Shown piece by piece: positions 14,537-30,300 of a DNA stretch of 64,000 nucleotides. The translations under genes and the position numbers were made by a program. Within the stretch, counting starts at the first letter, position 1, and every line of letters begins with the position of its first letter. Below the pieces are notes generated by a model, which did not search any database, had not been told where the DNA came from, and saw only the letters and a program-made list of their open reading frames with translations. The stretch covers positions 7,296,001 through 7,360,000 of the forward strand of contig CP068257.2 of the NCBI GenBank assembly GCA_009914755.4, written 5' to 3'. Source of the DNA: the human T2T-CHM13v2.0 reference genome, Homo sapiens.

Positions 14537-17500
14537 ATGGCATGGAATGAACCCGACTGGAATGGAATGCAATGGAATGGAATGGAATGGAATGGAATGG
14601 AATGGAATGGAATGGAATGGAATCAACCCGAATGGAATGGAATGGAATGGAATGGAGTGGAATGGAATGGAATTGAATGGAATGGAATAGAATGGAATGG
14701 AAAGGAATCAACCCGAATTGAATGGAATGGAATGGAATGGAATGGAATGGAATGGAATGGAATCGAATGGAATGGAATGGAATCAACCCGAGTGGAATGG
14801 AATGGAATGGAATGGAATGGAATCAACCTGAATGGAATGGAATGGAATGGAATGGAAAGGAATGGAATGGAATGGAATGGAATGGAATGGAATAGAATGG
14901 AATCAACAAGAATGGGATGGAATAGAATGGAATGGAATGGAATGGAAAGGAATCCTATTGAATCAACCCGAGTGTAATGGAAAAGAATGGAATGGAATGG
15001 AATGGAACGGAATGCAATGGAATGGAATCAAACCAAGTGCAATGGAATGGAATAGAATGCAACGGAACCAACCCGAGTGGAATGGAATAGAAAGGCATGC
15101 AATGGAATGGAATGGAAAGCAGTGGAATGGAATCAACCCGACTGGAATGGAATGGAATGGAAAGGAATGAAGGGAATGGAATGGAATGGGAAGGTATGGA
15201 ATCAACCCGAGTGGAATGGAATGGAATGGAATGGAATGGAATGGAATGGAGTGCAATGGAATGGAATGGAATGGAATGGAGTGGAATGGAATGGAGTGGA
15301 ATGGAATGGAGTGGAATCGAGTGGAATGGAATGGAATGGAGTGGAATGGAAGGCAATGAAATTTTATGGAATGGAATAGAAAGGAGCGGAACAGAATGGA
15401 ATTGAATGGCATGGAATGGACCCGAATGCAATGGAATGGAATGGAATGGAATGGAATGGAATGGAATGGAATCAACCCGAATGGAATGGAATGGAATGGA
15501 ATGGAATGGAATTAAATGGAAAGGAACGGAATGGAATCAACACGAGTGGAATGAAATGGAATGGAATGGAATGGAATGGAATGGAATGGAATGGAATCAA
15601 TCCGAGTGGAATGGAACGGAATGGAATGGAATGCAATGGAATGGAATGGAAAGGAATGGAATGGAGTGGAATGGAAGGCAAGGCAATGGAATGGAATGGA
15701 ATGGAACGGAATGGAATTCAATGGCATGGAATGAACCCGACTGGAATGGAATGCAATGGAATGGAATGGAATGGAATGGAATGGAATGGAATGGAATGGA
15801 ATCAACCCGAATGGAATGGAATGGAATGGAATGGAGTGGAATGGAATGGAATTGAATGGAATGGAATGGAATGGAAAGGAATCAACCCGAATGGAATAGA
15901 ATGGAATGGAAAGGAATGTAATGGAATGGAATGGAATGGAATGGAATGGAATGGAATGGAATGGAATGGAATCAACCCGAGTGGAATGGAATGGAATGGA
16001 ATTCAATGGAATGGAATGGAATGGGATGGTAAGTAATCAACCTGAGTGGAATATTATCGAATGAAATGGACTGGAATGGGACGGTATGGAATCAACCCGA
16101 GTGGAATATTATCGAATGAAATGGAATGGAACGGAATGGAATGGAATAAAATGTAATGGAATGGAATGGAATCAACCGGAGTGCAATGGAATAGAATGGA
16201 ATAAAATGGAATGGAATGGAATTAAATGGAAAGGAATGGAATGGAATCAACACGAGTGGAATGGAATGGAATGGAATGGAAGGGAATAGAATGGAATGGA
16301 ATGGAATCAACCGGAGTGCAATGGAATGGAATGGAATAAAATGGAATGGAATGGAATTAAATGGAAAGGAACGGAATGGAATCAACACGAGTGGAATGGA
16401 ATGGAATGGAATGGAATGGAATGGAATGGAATGGAATCAATCCGAGTGGAATGGAATGGAATGGAATGCAATGGAATGAAACGGAATATAATGGAATGGA
16501 ATGGAAACATCCCGAGTGGAATGGAATGGTATGGAATGCAATGGAACGGAATGGAACAGAACGGAATGGAATGGAATGGAATAGATTGAATCAGAGAGGA
16601 ATTGAATGGAGAGGAATGGAATGGAATGGAATGCAATGGATTCAACTCTAGTTGAATATCATGGATTGGAAAGGAATGGAATGGAATGGAATGGAAGGGA
16701 ATGGAATGGAATGGAGTGGAATGGAATAGAATCAACTCGAGTGCAATGGAATGTAATGGAATGGAGTGGAATGGAATGGAATGCAATGAAATGGAAAGGA
16801 ATGCTATGGAATCAACCCGAGTGTAATGGAAATGAATGGAATGGAATTGAATAGAAAGGAATGAATGGAATGGAATGGAATGGAATGGAATGGAATGGAA
16901 TGGAATGGTATGGAATCAACCCGAGTGGAATGGAAAGGACTGGAATGGAATAGAATGGAATGGAATGGAATGGAATGCAACGGAATCAACCCGAGTAGAA
17001 TGGAATGGAAAGAAATGGAATGAAATGGAATGGAAAGGAATGGAATGGAATCAACACGAATGGAATGGAATGGAATGGAAAGGAATGAATGCAATGGAAT
17101 GGAATGGAATGGAATGGTAGGGAATCAACCCGAGTGGAATGGAATGGAATGGAATGGAATTGAATGGAATGGAATCCAGCCGAATGGGATGGAATGCAAT
17201 GGAATGGAATGGAATAGAATCAACCCGAATGGAATGGAACGGAATGGAATGAAAAGGAATGGAATGGAAAGGAATGGAATGGAATAGAATGGAATAAACC
17301 AGAATGGAATGGAATGGAATGGATTGGAATGGAATGGAATGGAATGGAATGCTATGGAATCAACAGGAGTGTAATGGAAATGAATGGAATGGAAAGGAAT
17401 GGAATGGAATGGAATAAACCCAAGTGCAATGGAATGGAATAGAATGCAATGGAATCAACCCAAGTGGAATGGAATAGAAATGCATGCAATGGAATGGAAT

Positions 17501-20500
17501 GGAAAGCAAAGGAATGGAATCAACCCGACTGGAATGGAATGGAATGGAAAGGAATGAAGGGAATGGAATGGAATGGAATGGAAAGGTATGGAATCAAGTC
17601 GAGTGGAATGGAATGGAATGGAATGGAATGGAATGGAATGGAGTGGAATGGAAGGCAAGGCAATGGAATGGAATGGAATGGAATGGAACGGAACGGAATG
17701 GAATTGAATGGCATGGAATGAACCCGACTGGAATGGAATGCAATGGAATGGAATGGAATGGAATGGAATGGAATGGAATGGAATGGAATGGAATAGAATC
17801 AAATCGAATGGAATGGAATGGAATGGAGTGGAATGGAATGGAATTGAATGGAATGGAATGGAATGGAAAGGAATCAACCTGGATGGAATGGAATGGAATG
17901 GAATGGAATGGAAAGGAATCAACCCGAGTGGAATGGAATGGAATGGAATTCAATGGAATGAAATGGAATGGGATGGTATGGAATCAACCCGAGTGGAATA
18001 TTATCGAATGAAATGGAATGGAATGGGATGGTATGGAATCAACCCGAGTGGAATATTATCGAATTAAATGGAATGGAACGGAATGGAATGGAATAAAATG
18101 CAATGGAATGGAATGGAATCAACCAGAGTGGAATGGAATATAATGGAATGGAATGGAATTAAATCGAGAGGAACAGAATGGAATCAACACGAGTGGAATG
18201 GAATGGAATGGAATGGAATGGAATCAACCCGAGTGGAATGGAATGGAATGGAATGCAATGGAATGAAGCGGAATATAATGCAATGGAATGGAAACATCCC
18301 GAGTGGAATGGAATGGTATGGAATGCAACGGAACGGAATGGAACAGAACGGAATGGAATGGAACGGAATAGATTGAATCAGAAAGGAATTGAATGCAGAG
18401 GAATGGATTGGAATGGAATGCAATGGATTCAACCCTAGTTGAATGTCATGGATTGGAAAGGAATGGAATGGAACGGAATGGAATGGAATGGAGTGGAATG
18501 GAATGGAACGGAGTGGAATGAAATGGTGTGGAATCAACACGAATGGAAAGGAACGAAATGGAATGGAATGGAATGGAATGGAATGGAATGGAATGGAAAC
18601 AACACGAATAGAATGGAACGGAATAGAATGGAATGCTGTGGAATGGAATGGAATGGAAAGGAATCAACCCGAGTGGAATGAAATGGAATGTAATGCAATG
18701 GAATGGAGCGGAATCAACCTGAGTCAAATGCAATGGAATGGAATGGAATGGAGTGGAATGGAATGGAATGGAATGGAATGGAGTGGAATGGAATGGAATG
18801 GAATGGAATGGAATGGAATGGAATGGAACGGAATGGAATCCAATGGAATCAACTGGAATGGAATAGCACAGAATGGAATGGAATGGAATGGAATCAATCC
18901 GGGTGGAATGGAATGGAATGTATGGAGTGGAATGGAATGGAATGGAGTGGAATGGAATGGAATGGAATGCAGCGGAATTTAATGGAACGGAATCAACCCG
19001 AATGGAATGGAATGGAATGGAGTGGAAAGGAATGGAATGGAATGGAATGGAATGGAATGGAATGGAATGGAATGGAATCAACCTGAATAGGATGGAATGG
19101 AATGGAATGGAATGGAATGGAATACAATGGAATGCTATGGAATAAACCCGAGTGTAATGGAAATGCATGGAATGGAATGGAATGGAATGAAATGGAATGG
19201 AATGGAATGGAATCAACCCAAGTGCAATGGAATGGAATGGAATGCAATGGTATCAACCCGAGTGGAATGGAATGGAAAGGAATGAAATGAAATGGAATGG
19301 AAAGGAATGGAATGGAATCAACCCGAATGGAATGGAATGGAATGGAATGGAAAGTAAAGAATGGAATGGAATGGAATGGATTGGAATGGAATGGTATGGA
19401 ATCAACCCGAGTGGAATGGAATGGACAGGAATGGAATAGAATGGAATGGGATGGAATGGAATGCAATGGAATGGAAAGGAATGGTACGGAATGGAACGGA
19501 ATGGAATAGAATGAACACGAATGGAATGGAATGGAAAGGAATGGATTGGAATGGAATGGAATGGAATCAACCCGAGTGGAACGGAATGTAATGAAATGGA
19601 GTGGAATGGAAAGGAATGGAATGGAATGGAATGAACACGAATGGAATGGAATGGAATGGAATGGAATGGAATGGAATGGAATGGTATGGAATCAACCCGA
19701 GTGGAATGGAATGGACAGGAATGGAATAGAATGGAATGGGATGGAATGGAATGCAATGGAATGGAATGGAATAGAAAGGAATGGTACGGAATGGAACGGA
19801 ATGGAATAGAATGAACACGAATGGAATGGAATGGAAAGGAATGGATTGGAATGGAATGGAATGGAATCAACCCGAGTGGAACGGAATGTAATGGAATGGA
19901 GTGGAATGGAATGGAATGGAATGGAATGGAATGGAATGGAATCAACACGAATGGAATGGAATGGCATGGAATGGAAGGGAATGGAATGAAATGGAATCAA
20001 CCCTAGTGGAATGGAATGGAATGGAGTTTAATGGAATGGAATAGAATAGATTGGTATGGAATCAACCCGAGAGGAATGGTATGGAATGGAATGCAATGGA
20101 ATGGAATGGAATGCAACAAAATGGAATGGAATGGAATGGTATCAACCCGTGTGGAAGGGAATGGAATGGAATGGAATCAACCGGAGTGGAATGGAATGGA
20201 ATGGAGTGGAATGGAATGGAATGCAATGAAATGGAAAGGAACGGAATTTAATCACCCCGAGTGGAATGGAATAGAATGGAATGGAAAGGAATGGAATCAA
20301 CCCGAGTGGAATGGAATGGAATGGAATGGAATGGAATGCAATGGAATCAACCAGAGTGGAAAGGAATAGAATGGAATGGATTATAATGCAATGGAATGGA
20401 ATCAATCCTGGTGGAATGGAACGGAATGGCATGGAGTGGAATGGAACGGAATGGAATGGAATGGAATGGAATGGAATGGAATGGAATGGAAAGGAATCAA

Positions 20501-23500
20501 CCCGAAAGGAATGGAATGGAATGAAATGGAAAGGAATGGAATGCAATGGATTGGAATGGAATGAAATGGATTCAACCCGAATGGAATGGAATGGAATGGA
20601 ATGGAATGGAATGTTATATAATCAACACGAGTGGAATGAAATGAATGGAAAGAAATGGAATGGAATGCAATGGAATGGAATGGAATGGAATGGAATGGAA
20701 TCAACCCGAATGGAATTGAATGGAAAGGAATGGAATGGAATGGATTGGAATGGAATGGAATGGAATGGAATGGAATGGAGTGGAATGGAATGGAATGGAA
20801 TCATCCCGAGTGGAATGGAATGGTATGGAATGTAATGGAATGGAATGGAACAGAACGGAAAGGAATGGAATGGAATAGATTGAATCTGAGAGGAATTGAC
20901 TGGAGTGGAATGGATGGAAATGGAATGCAAGGGATTCAACCCAGTTGAATGTCATGGATTGGAAAGGAGTGGAATGGAATGGAATGGAAAGGTGTGGAAT
21001 GGAATGGAATGGAATCAACACGAATGGAATGGAACGGAATGGAATGGAATGGAATGGAATGGAATGGAATGGAAACAACACGAATGGAATGGAACGGAAC
21101 GGAATGCAATGGAATGCTGTGGAATGCAATGAAATAAACACGAATAGAATTGACCGGAATGGAACGGAATGGAATGGAATGGAATGGAATGCAGTGGAAT
21201 GGCATGAAATGGAAAGGAACGGAATGGAATTAACCCGAGTGGAATGGAATGGAATGGAAAGGAATCAACCCGAGTGGAATGAAATGGAATGTAATGCAAT
21301 GGAATGGAGCAGAATCAATCTGAGTCTAATGCAATGGAATGGAAGGGAATGGAGTGGAATGGAATGGAATGGAATGGAATGGAATGGAATGGAATGGAAC
21401 GGAATAGAATCCAATGGAATCAACTGGGATGGAATAGCATAGAATGGAATGGAATGGAATGAAATCAATCCGGGTAGAATGGAATGGAATGTATGGAGTG
21501 GAATGGAATGGAATGGAGTGGAATGGAATGGAATGGTATGGAATCAACCCGAGTGGAATGGAATTGAATGGAATTCAATGGAATGAAACGGAATATAATG
21601 GAATGGATTGGAAACATCCCGAATGGAATGGAATGGTATGGAATGCAATGGAAAAGAATGGAAAAGAACGGAATGCAATGGAACGGAATAAATTGAATCA
21701 GAGAGGAATTCAATGGAGAGGAATGGACTGCAATGGAATGCAATGGATTCAAACCTAGTTGAATATTATGGATTGGAAAGGAATGGAATGGAATGCAGTG
21801 GAATGGAATGGAGTGGAATCAACACGAATGGAATGGAACGGAATGGAATGGAATGGAATGGAATGGAATGGAATGGAATGGAACGGAATGGAATGGAAAA
21901 AACACGAATAGAATGGAACGGAATGGAATGGAATGCTGTGGAATGGAATGGAATGGAATGAAATAAACACGAATAGAATGGAATGGAATGGAATGCAATG
22001 GAATGGAATGGAATGGAATGGAGTGAAAGGAAAGGAACGGAATGCAATTAACCTGAGTGGAATTGAATGGAATGGAAAGGAATGAACCCGAGTGGAATGA
22101 AATGTAATGTAATGCAATGGAATGGAGCGGAATCAACCTGAGTGGAATGGAATGGAATGGAATGGAATGGAATGGAATGCAATGGAATGGAATGGAATGC
22201 AATGGAATGGAATGCAATGGAATGGAATCAACCCGAATGGAATGGAACGGAATGGAATGGAAAGGAATGGAATGGAATGGAATGGAATGGAATGGAATGG
22301 AATGGAATTGAATGGAATGGAATCATCCCGAATGGAATGGAATGGTATGGAATGCAATGGAATGGAATGGAACAGAACAGAAAGGAATGGAATGGAATAG
22401 ATTGAATCCGAGAGGAATTGACTGGAGTTGAATGGATTGGAATGGAATGCAAGGGATTCAACCCAGTTGAATGTCATGGATTGGAAAGACTGGAATGAAA
22501 TGGAATGGAAAGGAGTGGAATGGAATGGAATGAAATCAACACGAATGGAATGGAACGTAAAGGAATGGGATGGAATGGAATGGAATGGAATGGCAACAAC
22601 ACGAATGGAATGGAAAGGAACGGAATGGAATGGAATGCTGTGGAATGGAATGGAATGGAATGGAATGGAATGGAATGGAATAGAATCAAATCGAATGGAA
22701 TGGAATGGAATGGAATGGAGTGGAATGGAATGGAATTGAATGGAATGGAATGGAATGGAAAGGAATCAACCTGGATGGAATGGAATGGAATGGAATGGAA
22801 TGGAAAGGAATCAACCCGAGTGGAATGGAATGGAATGGAATTCAATGGAATGAAATGGAATGGGATGGTATGGAATCAACCCGAGTGGAATATTATCGAA
22901 TGAAATGGAATGGAATGGGATGGTATGGAATCAACCCGAGTGGAATATTATCGAATTAAATGGAATGGAACGGAATGGAATGGAATAAAATGCAATGGAA
23001 TGGAATGGAATCAACCAGAGTGGAATGGAATATAATGGAATGGAATGGAATTAAATCGAGAGGAACAGAATGGAATCAACACGAGTGGAATGGAATGGAA
23101 TGGAATGGAATGGAATCAACCCGAGTGGAATGGAATGGAATGGAATGCAATGGAATGAAGCGGAATATAATGCAATGGAATGGAAACATCCCGAGTGGAA
23201 TGGAATGGTATGGAATGCAACGGAACGGAATGGAACAGAACGGAATGGAATGGAACGGAATAGATTGAATCAGAAAGGAATTGAATGCAGAGGAATGGAT
23301 TGGAATGGAATGCAATGGATTCAACCCTAGTTGAATGTCATGGATTGGAAAGGAATGGAATGGAACGGAATGGAATGGAATGGAGTGGAATGGAATGGAA
23401 TGGAGTGGAATGAAATGGTGTGGAATCAACACGAATGGAAAGGAAAGAAATGGAATGGAATGGAATGGAATGGAATGGAATGGAATGGAAACAACACGAA

Positions 23501-23869
23501 TAGAATGGAACGGAATGGAATGGAATGCTGTGGAATGGAATGGAATGGAAAGGAATCAACCCGAGTGGAATGAAATGGAATGTAATGCAATGGAATGGAG
23601 CGGAATCAACCTGAGTCAAATGCAATGGAATGGAATGGAATGGAGTGGAATGGAATGGAATGGAATGGAATGGAGTGGAATGGAATGGAATGGAATGGAA
23701 TGGAATGGAATGGAATGGAATGGAACGGAATGGAATCCAATGGAATCAACTGGAATGGAATAGCACAGAATGGAATGGAATGGAATGGAATCAATCCGGG
23801 TGGAATGGAATGGAATGTATGGAGTGGAATGGAATGGAATGGAGTGGAATGGAATGGAATGGAATGCAG
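14537..23869. repeat. ~9.3 kb super-repeat, copy 1 (type II body + type I module + PQRS head)
   Basis: Collinear with 23870-33200 at an offset of 9372 shrinking to 9297. Anchors 14892/24264, 15077/24449, 16086/25433, 17449/26781, 18068/27390, 20016/29333, 22117/31414, 22960/32267 and 23770/33082 all agree. Sampled stretches of 60-150 bp are identical or differ by 1 base. Confidence 0.72.
18068..22960. repeat. HSat3 higher-order module 'type I', copy 1 (4892 bp), sub-block order P-Q-R-S-T-U-V-A-W-X-Y-Z
   Basis: Anchor peptides at fixed spacing: P MEWNGMEWNKMQWNGMESTRVEWNIMEWNGIKSRG at 18068, Q MNVMDWKGMEWNG at 18439, R MERNQPESNAMEWNG at 18703, S MEWNGMESIRVEWNGMYGVEWNG at 18873, A MEWSLMEWNRIDWYGIN at 20016, W MNVMDWKGVEWNGMERCG at 20945, X MEWNGMKSIRVEWNGMYGVEWNG...WYGINPSGMELNG at 21444, Y MERNGLQWNAMDSNLVE at 21713, Z MEWSGINLSGMEWNG at 22117, and the next P at 22960. 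Confidence 0.75.
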
Positions 23870-26800
23870 CGGAATTTAATGGAACGGAATCAACCCGAAT
23901 GGAATGGAACGGAATGGAGTGGAATGGAATGGAATGGAATGGAATGGAATGGAATGGAATGGAATGGAATGGAATGGAATGGAATCAACCCGAATGGAAT
24001 CGAATGGAATGGAATGGAGTGGAATGGAATGGAATTGAATGGAATGGAATAGAATGGAATGGAAAGGAATCAACCCGAATTGAATGGAATGGAATGGAAT
24101 GGAATGGAATGGAATGGAATGGAATCGAATGGAATGGAATGGAATCAACCCGAGTGGAATGGAATGGAATGGAATGGAATGGAATCAACCTGAATGGAAT
24201 GGAATGGAATGGAATGGAAAGGAATGGAATGGAATGGAATGGAATGGAATGGAATGGAATGGAATAGAATGGAATCAACAAGAATGGGATGGAATAGAAT
24301 GGAATGGAATGGAATGGAAAGGAATCCTATTGAATCAACCCGAGTGTAATGGAAAAGAATGGAATGGAATGGAATGGAACGGAATGCAATGGAATGGAAT
24401 CAAACCAAGTGCAATGGAATGGAATAGAATGCAACGGAACCAACCCGAGTGGAATGGAATAGAAAGGCATGCAATGGAATGGAATGGAAAGCAGTGGAAT
24501 GGAATCAACCCGACTGGAATGGAGTGGAATGGAAAGGAATGAAGGGAATGGAATGGAATGGGAAGGTATGGAATCAACCCGAGTGGAATGGAATGGAATG
24601 GAATGGAATGGAATGGAATGGAGTGCAATGGAATGGAATGGAATGGAATGGAGTGGAATGGAATGGAGTGGAATGGAATGGAGTGGAATCGAGTGGAATG
24701 GAATGGAATGGAGTGGAATGGAAGGCAATGAAATTTTATGGAATGGAATAGAAAGGAGCGGAACAGAATGGAATTGAATGGCATGGAATGGACCCGAATG
24801 CAATGGAATGGAATGGAATGGAATGGAATGGAATGGAATGGAATCAACCCGAATGGAATGGAATGGAATGGAATGGAATGGAATGGAATGGAATTAAATG
24901 GAAAGGAACGGAATGGAATCAACAAGAGTGGAATGGAATGGAATGTAATGGAATGGAATGGAATGGAATGGAATCAATCCGAGTGGAATGGAACGGAATG
25001 GAATGGAATGCAATGGAATGGAATGGAAAGGAATGGAATGGAGTGGAATGGAAGGCAAGGCAATGGAATGGAATGGAATGGAACGGAATGGAATTCAATG
25101 GCATGGAATGAACCCGACTGGAATGGAATGCAATGGAATGGAATGGAATGGAAAGGAATGGAATGGAATCAACCCGAATGGAATGGAATGGAATGGAATG
25201 GAGTGGAATGGAATGGAATTGAATGGAATGGAATGGAATGGAGAGGAATCAACCCGAATGGAATAGAATGGAATGGAATGGAATGGAATGGAATGGAATG
25301 GAATGGAATGGAATGGAATCAACCCGAGTGGAATGGAATGGAATGGAATTCAATGGAATGGAATGGAATGGGATGGTAAGGAATCAACCTGAGTGGAATA
25401 TTATCGAATGAAATGGATTGGAATGGGACGGTATGGAATCAACCCGAGTGGAATATTATCGAATGAAATGGAATGGAACGGAATGGAATGGAATAAAATG
25501 TAATGGAATGGAATGGAATCAACTGGAGTGCAATGGAATAGAATGGAATAAAATGGAATGGAATGGAATTAAATGGAAAGGAATGGAATGGAATCAACAC
25601 GAGTGGAATGGAATGGAATGGAATGGAAGGGAATAGAATGGAATGGAATGGAATCAACCGGAGTGCAATGGAATGGAATGGAATAAAATGGAATGGAATG
25701 GAATTAAATGGAAAGGAACGGAATGGAATCAACACGAGTGGAATGGAATGGAATGGAATGGAATGGAATGGAATGGAATGGAATCAATCCGAGTGGAATG
25801 GAATGGAATGGAATGCAATGGAATGAAACGGAATATAATGGAATGGAATGGAAACATCCCGAGTGGAATGGAATGGTATGGAATGCAATGGAACGGAATG
25901 GAACAGAACGGAATGGAATGGAATGGAATAGATTGAATCAGAGAGGAATTGAATGGAGAGGAATGGAATGGAATGGAATGCAATGGATTCAACTCTAGTT
26001 GAATATCATGGATTGGAAAGGAATGGAATGGAATGGAATGGAATGGAATGGAATGGAATGGAGTGGAATGGAATAGAATCAACTCGAGTGCAATGGAATG
26101 TAATGGAATGGAGTGGAATGGAATGGAATGCAATGAAATGGAAAGGAATGCTATGGAATCAACCCGAGTGTAATGGAAATGAATGGAATGGAATTGAATA
26201 GAAAGGAATGAATGGAATGGAATGGAATGGAATGGAATGGTATGGAATCAACCCGAGTGGAATGGAAAGGACTGGAATGGAATAGAATGGAATGGAATGG
26301 AATGGAATGCAACGGAATCAACCCGAGTAGAATGGAATGGAAAGAAATGGAATGAAATGGAATGGAAAGGAATGGAATGGAATCAACACGAATGGAATGG
26401 AATGGAATGGAAAGGAATGAATGCAATGGAATGGAATGGAATGGAATGGTAGGGAATCAACCCGAGTGGAATGGAATGGAATGGAATGGAATGGAATGGA
26501 ATGGAATGGAATCCAGCCGAATGGGATGGAATGCAATGGAATGGAATGGAATAGAATCAACCCGAATGGAATGGAACGGAATGGAATGAAAAGGAATGGA
26601 ATGGAAAGGAATGGAATGGAATAGAATGGAATAAACCAGAATGGAATGGAATGGAATGGATTGGAATGGAATGGAATGGAATGGAATGCTATGGAATCAA
26701 CAGGAGTGTAATGGAAATGAATGGAATGGAATGGAATGGAATGGAATAAACCCAAGTGCAATGGAATGGAATAGAATGCAATGGAATCAACCCAAGTGGA

Positions 26801-27390
26801 ATGGAATAGAAATGCATGCAATGGAATGGAATGGAAAGCAAAGGAATGGAATCAACCCGACTGGAATGGAATGGAATGGAAAGGAATGAAGGGAATGGAA
26901 TGGAATGGTATGGAAAGGTATGGAATCAAGTCGAGTGGAATGGAATGGAATGGAATGGAATGGAATGGAATGGAATGGAGTGGAATGGAAGGCAAGGCAA
27001 TGGAATGGAATGGAATGGAATGGAACGGAACGGAATGGAATTGAATGGCATGGAATGAACCCGACTGGAATGGAATGCAATGGAATGGAATGGAATGGAA
27101 TGGAATGGAATGGAATAGAATCAAATCGAATGGAATGGAATGGAATGGAGTGGAATGGAATGGAATTGAATGGAATGGAATGGAATGGAAAGGAATCAAC
27201 CTGGATGGAATGGAATGGAATGGAATGGAATGGAAAGGAATCAACCCGAGTGGAATGGAATGGAATGGAATTCAATGGAATGAAATGGAATGGGATGGTA
27301 TGGAATCAACCCGAGTGGAATATTATCGAATGAAATGGAATGGAATGGGATGGTATGGAATCAACCCGAGTGGAATATTATCGAATTAAA
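22960..27390. repeat. Hybrid unit (4430 bp): type I head P-Q-R-S (22960 to ~23900) joined to a type II body (~23900-27390)
   Basis: P 22960, Q 23331, R 23595 and S 23770 match type I. From ~23985 the sequence follows the type II order seen at 14537-18068: 24264 matches 14892, 24449 matches 15077, 25433 matches 16086, 26781 matches 17449, at offsets of 9372 down to 9332. The junction falls inside a pure (GGAAT)n run (MEWNGMEWNGMEWNG...) around 23900-23990. Confidence 0.65.
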
Positions 27391-30300
27391 TGGAATGGAA
27401 CGGAATGGAATGGAATAAAATGCAATGGAATGGAATGGAATCAACCAGAGTGGAATGGAATATAATGGAATGGAATGGAATTAAATCGAGAGGAACAGAA
27501 TGGAATCAACACGAGTGGAATGGAATGGAATGGAATGGAATGGAATCAACCCGAGTGGAATGGAATGGAATGGAATGCAATGGAATGAAGCGGAATATAA
27601 TGCAATGGAATGGAAACATCCCGAGTGGAATGGAATGGTATGGAATGCAACGGAACGGAATGGAACAGAACGGAATGGAATGGAACGGAATAGATTGAAT
27701 CAGAAAGGAATTGAATGCAGAGGAATGGATTGGAATGGAATGCAATGGATTCAACCCTAGTTGAATGTCATGGATTGGAAAGGAATGGAATGGAACGGAA
27801 TGGAATGGAATGGAGTGGAATGGAATGGAATGGAGTGGAATGAAATGGTGTGGAATCAATACGAATGGAAAGGAAAGAAATGGAATGGAATGGAATGGAA
27901 TGGAATGGAATGGAATGGAAACAACACGAATAGAATGGAACGGAATGGAATGGAATGCTGTGAAATGGAATGGAATGGAAAGGAATCAACCCGAGTGGAA
28001 TGAAATGGAATGTAATGCAATGGAATGGAGCAGAATCAACCTGAGTCAAATGCAATGGAATGGAATGGAATGGAGTGGAATGGAATGGAATGGAATGGAA
28101 TGGAGTGGAATGGAATGGAATGGAATGGAATGGAATGGAATGGAATGGAATGGAACGGAATGGAATCCAATGGAATCAACTGGAATGGAATAGCACAGAA
28201 TGGAATGGAATGGAATGGAATCAATCCGGGTGGAATGGAATGGAATGTATGGAGTGGAATGGAATGGAATGGAGTGGAATGGAATGGAATGGAATGCAGC
28301 GGAATTTAATGGAACGGAATCAACCCGAATGGAATGGAACGGAATGGAGTGGAAAGGAATGGAATGGAATGGAATGGAATGGAATGGAATCAACCTGAAT
28401 AGGATGGAATGGAATGGAATGGAATGGAATGGAATACAATGGAATGCTATGGAATAAACCCGAGTGTAATGGAAATGCATGGAATGGAATGGAATGGAAT
28501 GGAATGGAATGGAATGGAATCAACCCAAGTGCAATGGAATGGAATGGAATGCAATGGTATCAACCCGAGTGGAATGGAATGGAAAGGAATGAAATGAAAT
28601 GGAATGGAAAGGAATGGAATGGAATCAACCCGAATGGAATGGAATGGAATGGAATGGAAAGTAAAGAATGGAATGGAATGGAATGGATTGGAATGGAATG
28701 GTATGGAATCAACCCGAGTGGAATGGAATGGACAGGAATGGAATAGAATGGAATGGGATGGAATGGAATGCAATGGAATGGAAAGGAATGGTACGGAATG
28801 GAACGGAATGGAATAGAATGAACACGAATGGAATGGAATGGAAAGGAATGGATTGGAATGGAATGGAATGGAATCAACCCGAGTGGAACGGAATGTAATG
28901 AAATGGAGTGGAATGGAAAGGAATGGAATGGAATGGAATGAACACGAATGGAATGGAATGGAATGGAATGGAATGGAATGGAATGGTATGGAATCAACCC
29001 GAGTGGAATGGAATGGACAGGAATGGAATAGAATGGAATGGGATGGAATGGAATGCAATGGAATGGAATGGAATAGAAAGGAATGGTACGGAATGGAACG
29101 GAATGGAATAGAATGAACACGAATGGAATGGAATGGAAAGGAATGGATTGGAATGGAATGGAATGGAATCAACCCGAGTGGAACGGAATGTAATGGAATG
29201 GAGTGGAATGGAATGGAATGGAATGGAATGGAATGGAATGGAATGGAATGGAATGGAATCAACACGAATGGAATGGAATGGCATGGAATGGAAGGGAATG
29301 GAATGAAATGGAATCAACCCTAGTGGAATGGAATGGAATGGAGTTTAATGGAATGGAATAGAATAGATTGGTATGGAATCAACCCGAGAGGAATGGTATG
29401 GAATGGAATGCAATGGAATGGAATGGAATGCAACAAAATGGAATGGAATGGAATGGTATCAACCCGTGTGGAAGGGAATGGAATGGAATGGAATCAACCG
29501 GAGTGGAATGGAATGGAATGGAGTGGAATGGAATGGAATGCAATGAAATGGAAAGGAACGGAATTTAATCACCCCGAGTGGAATGGAATAGAATGGAATG
29601 GAAAGGAATGGAATCAACCCGAGTGGAATGGAATGGAATGGAATGGAATGGAATGCAATGGAATCAACCAGAGTGGAAAGGAATAGAATGGAATGGATTA
29701 TAATGCAATGGAATGGAATCAATCCTGGTGGAATGGAACGGAATGGCATGGAGTGGAATGGAACGGAATGGAATGGAATGGAATGGAATGGAATGGAATG
29801 GAAAGGAATCAACCCGAAAGGAATGGAATGGAATGAAATGGAAAGGAATGGAATGCAATGGATTGGAATGGAATGAAATGGATTCAAACCGAATGGAATG
29901 GAATGGAATGGAATGGAATGTTATATAATCAACACGAGTGGAATGAAATGAATGGAAAGAAATGGAATGGAATGCAATGGAATGGAATGGAATGGAATCA
30001 ACCCGAATGGAATTGAATGGAAAGGAATGGAATGGAATGGATTGGAATGGAATGGAATGGAATGGAATGGAATGGAGTGGAATGGAATGGAATGGAATCA
30101 TCCCGAGTGGAATGGAATGGTATGGAATGCAATGGAATGGAATGGAACAGAATGGAAAGGAATGGAATGGAATAGATTGAATCTGAGAGGAATTGACTGG
30201 AGTGGAATGGATGGAAATGGAATGCAAGGGATTCAACCCAGTTGAATGTCATGGATTGGAAAGGAGTGGAATGGAATGGAATGGAAAGGAGTGGAATGGA

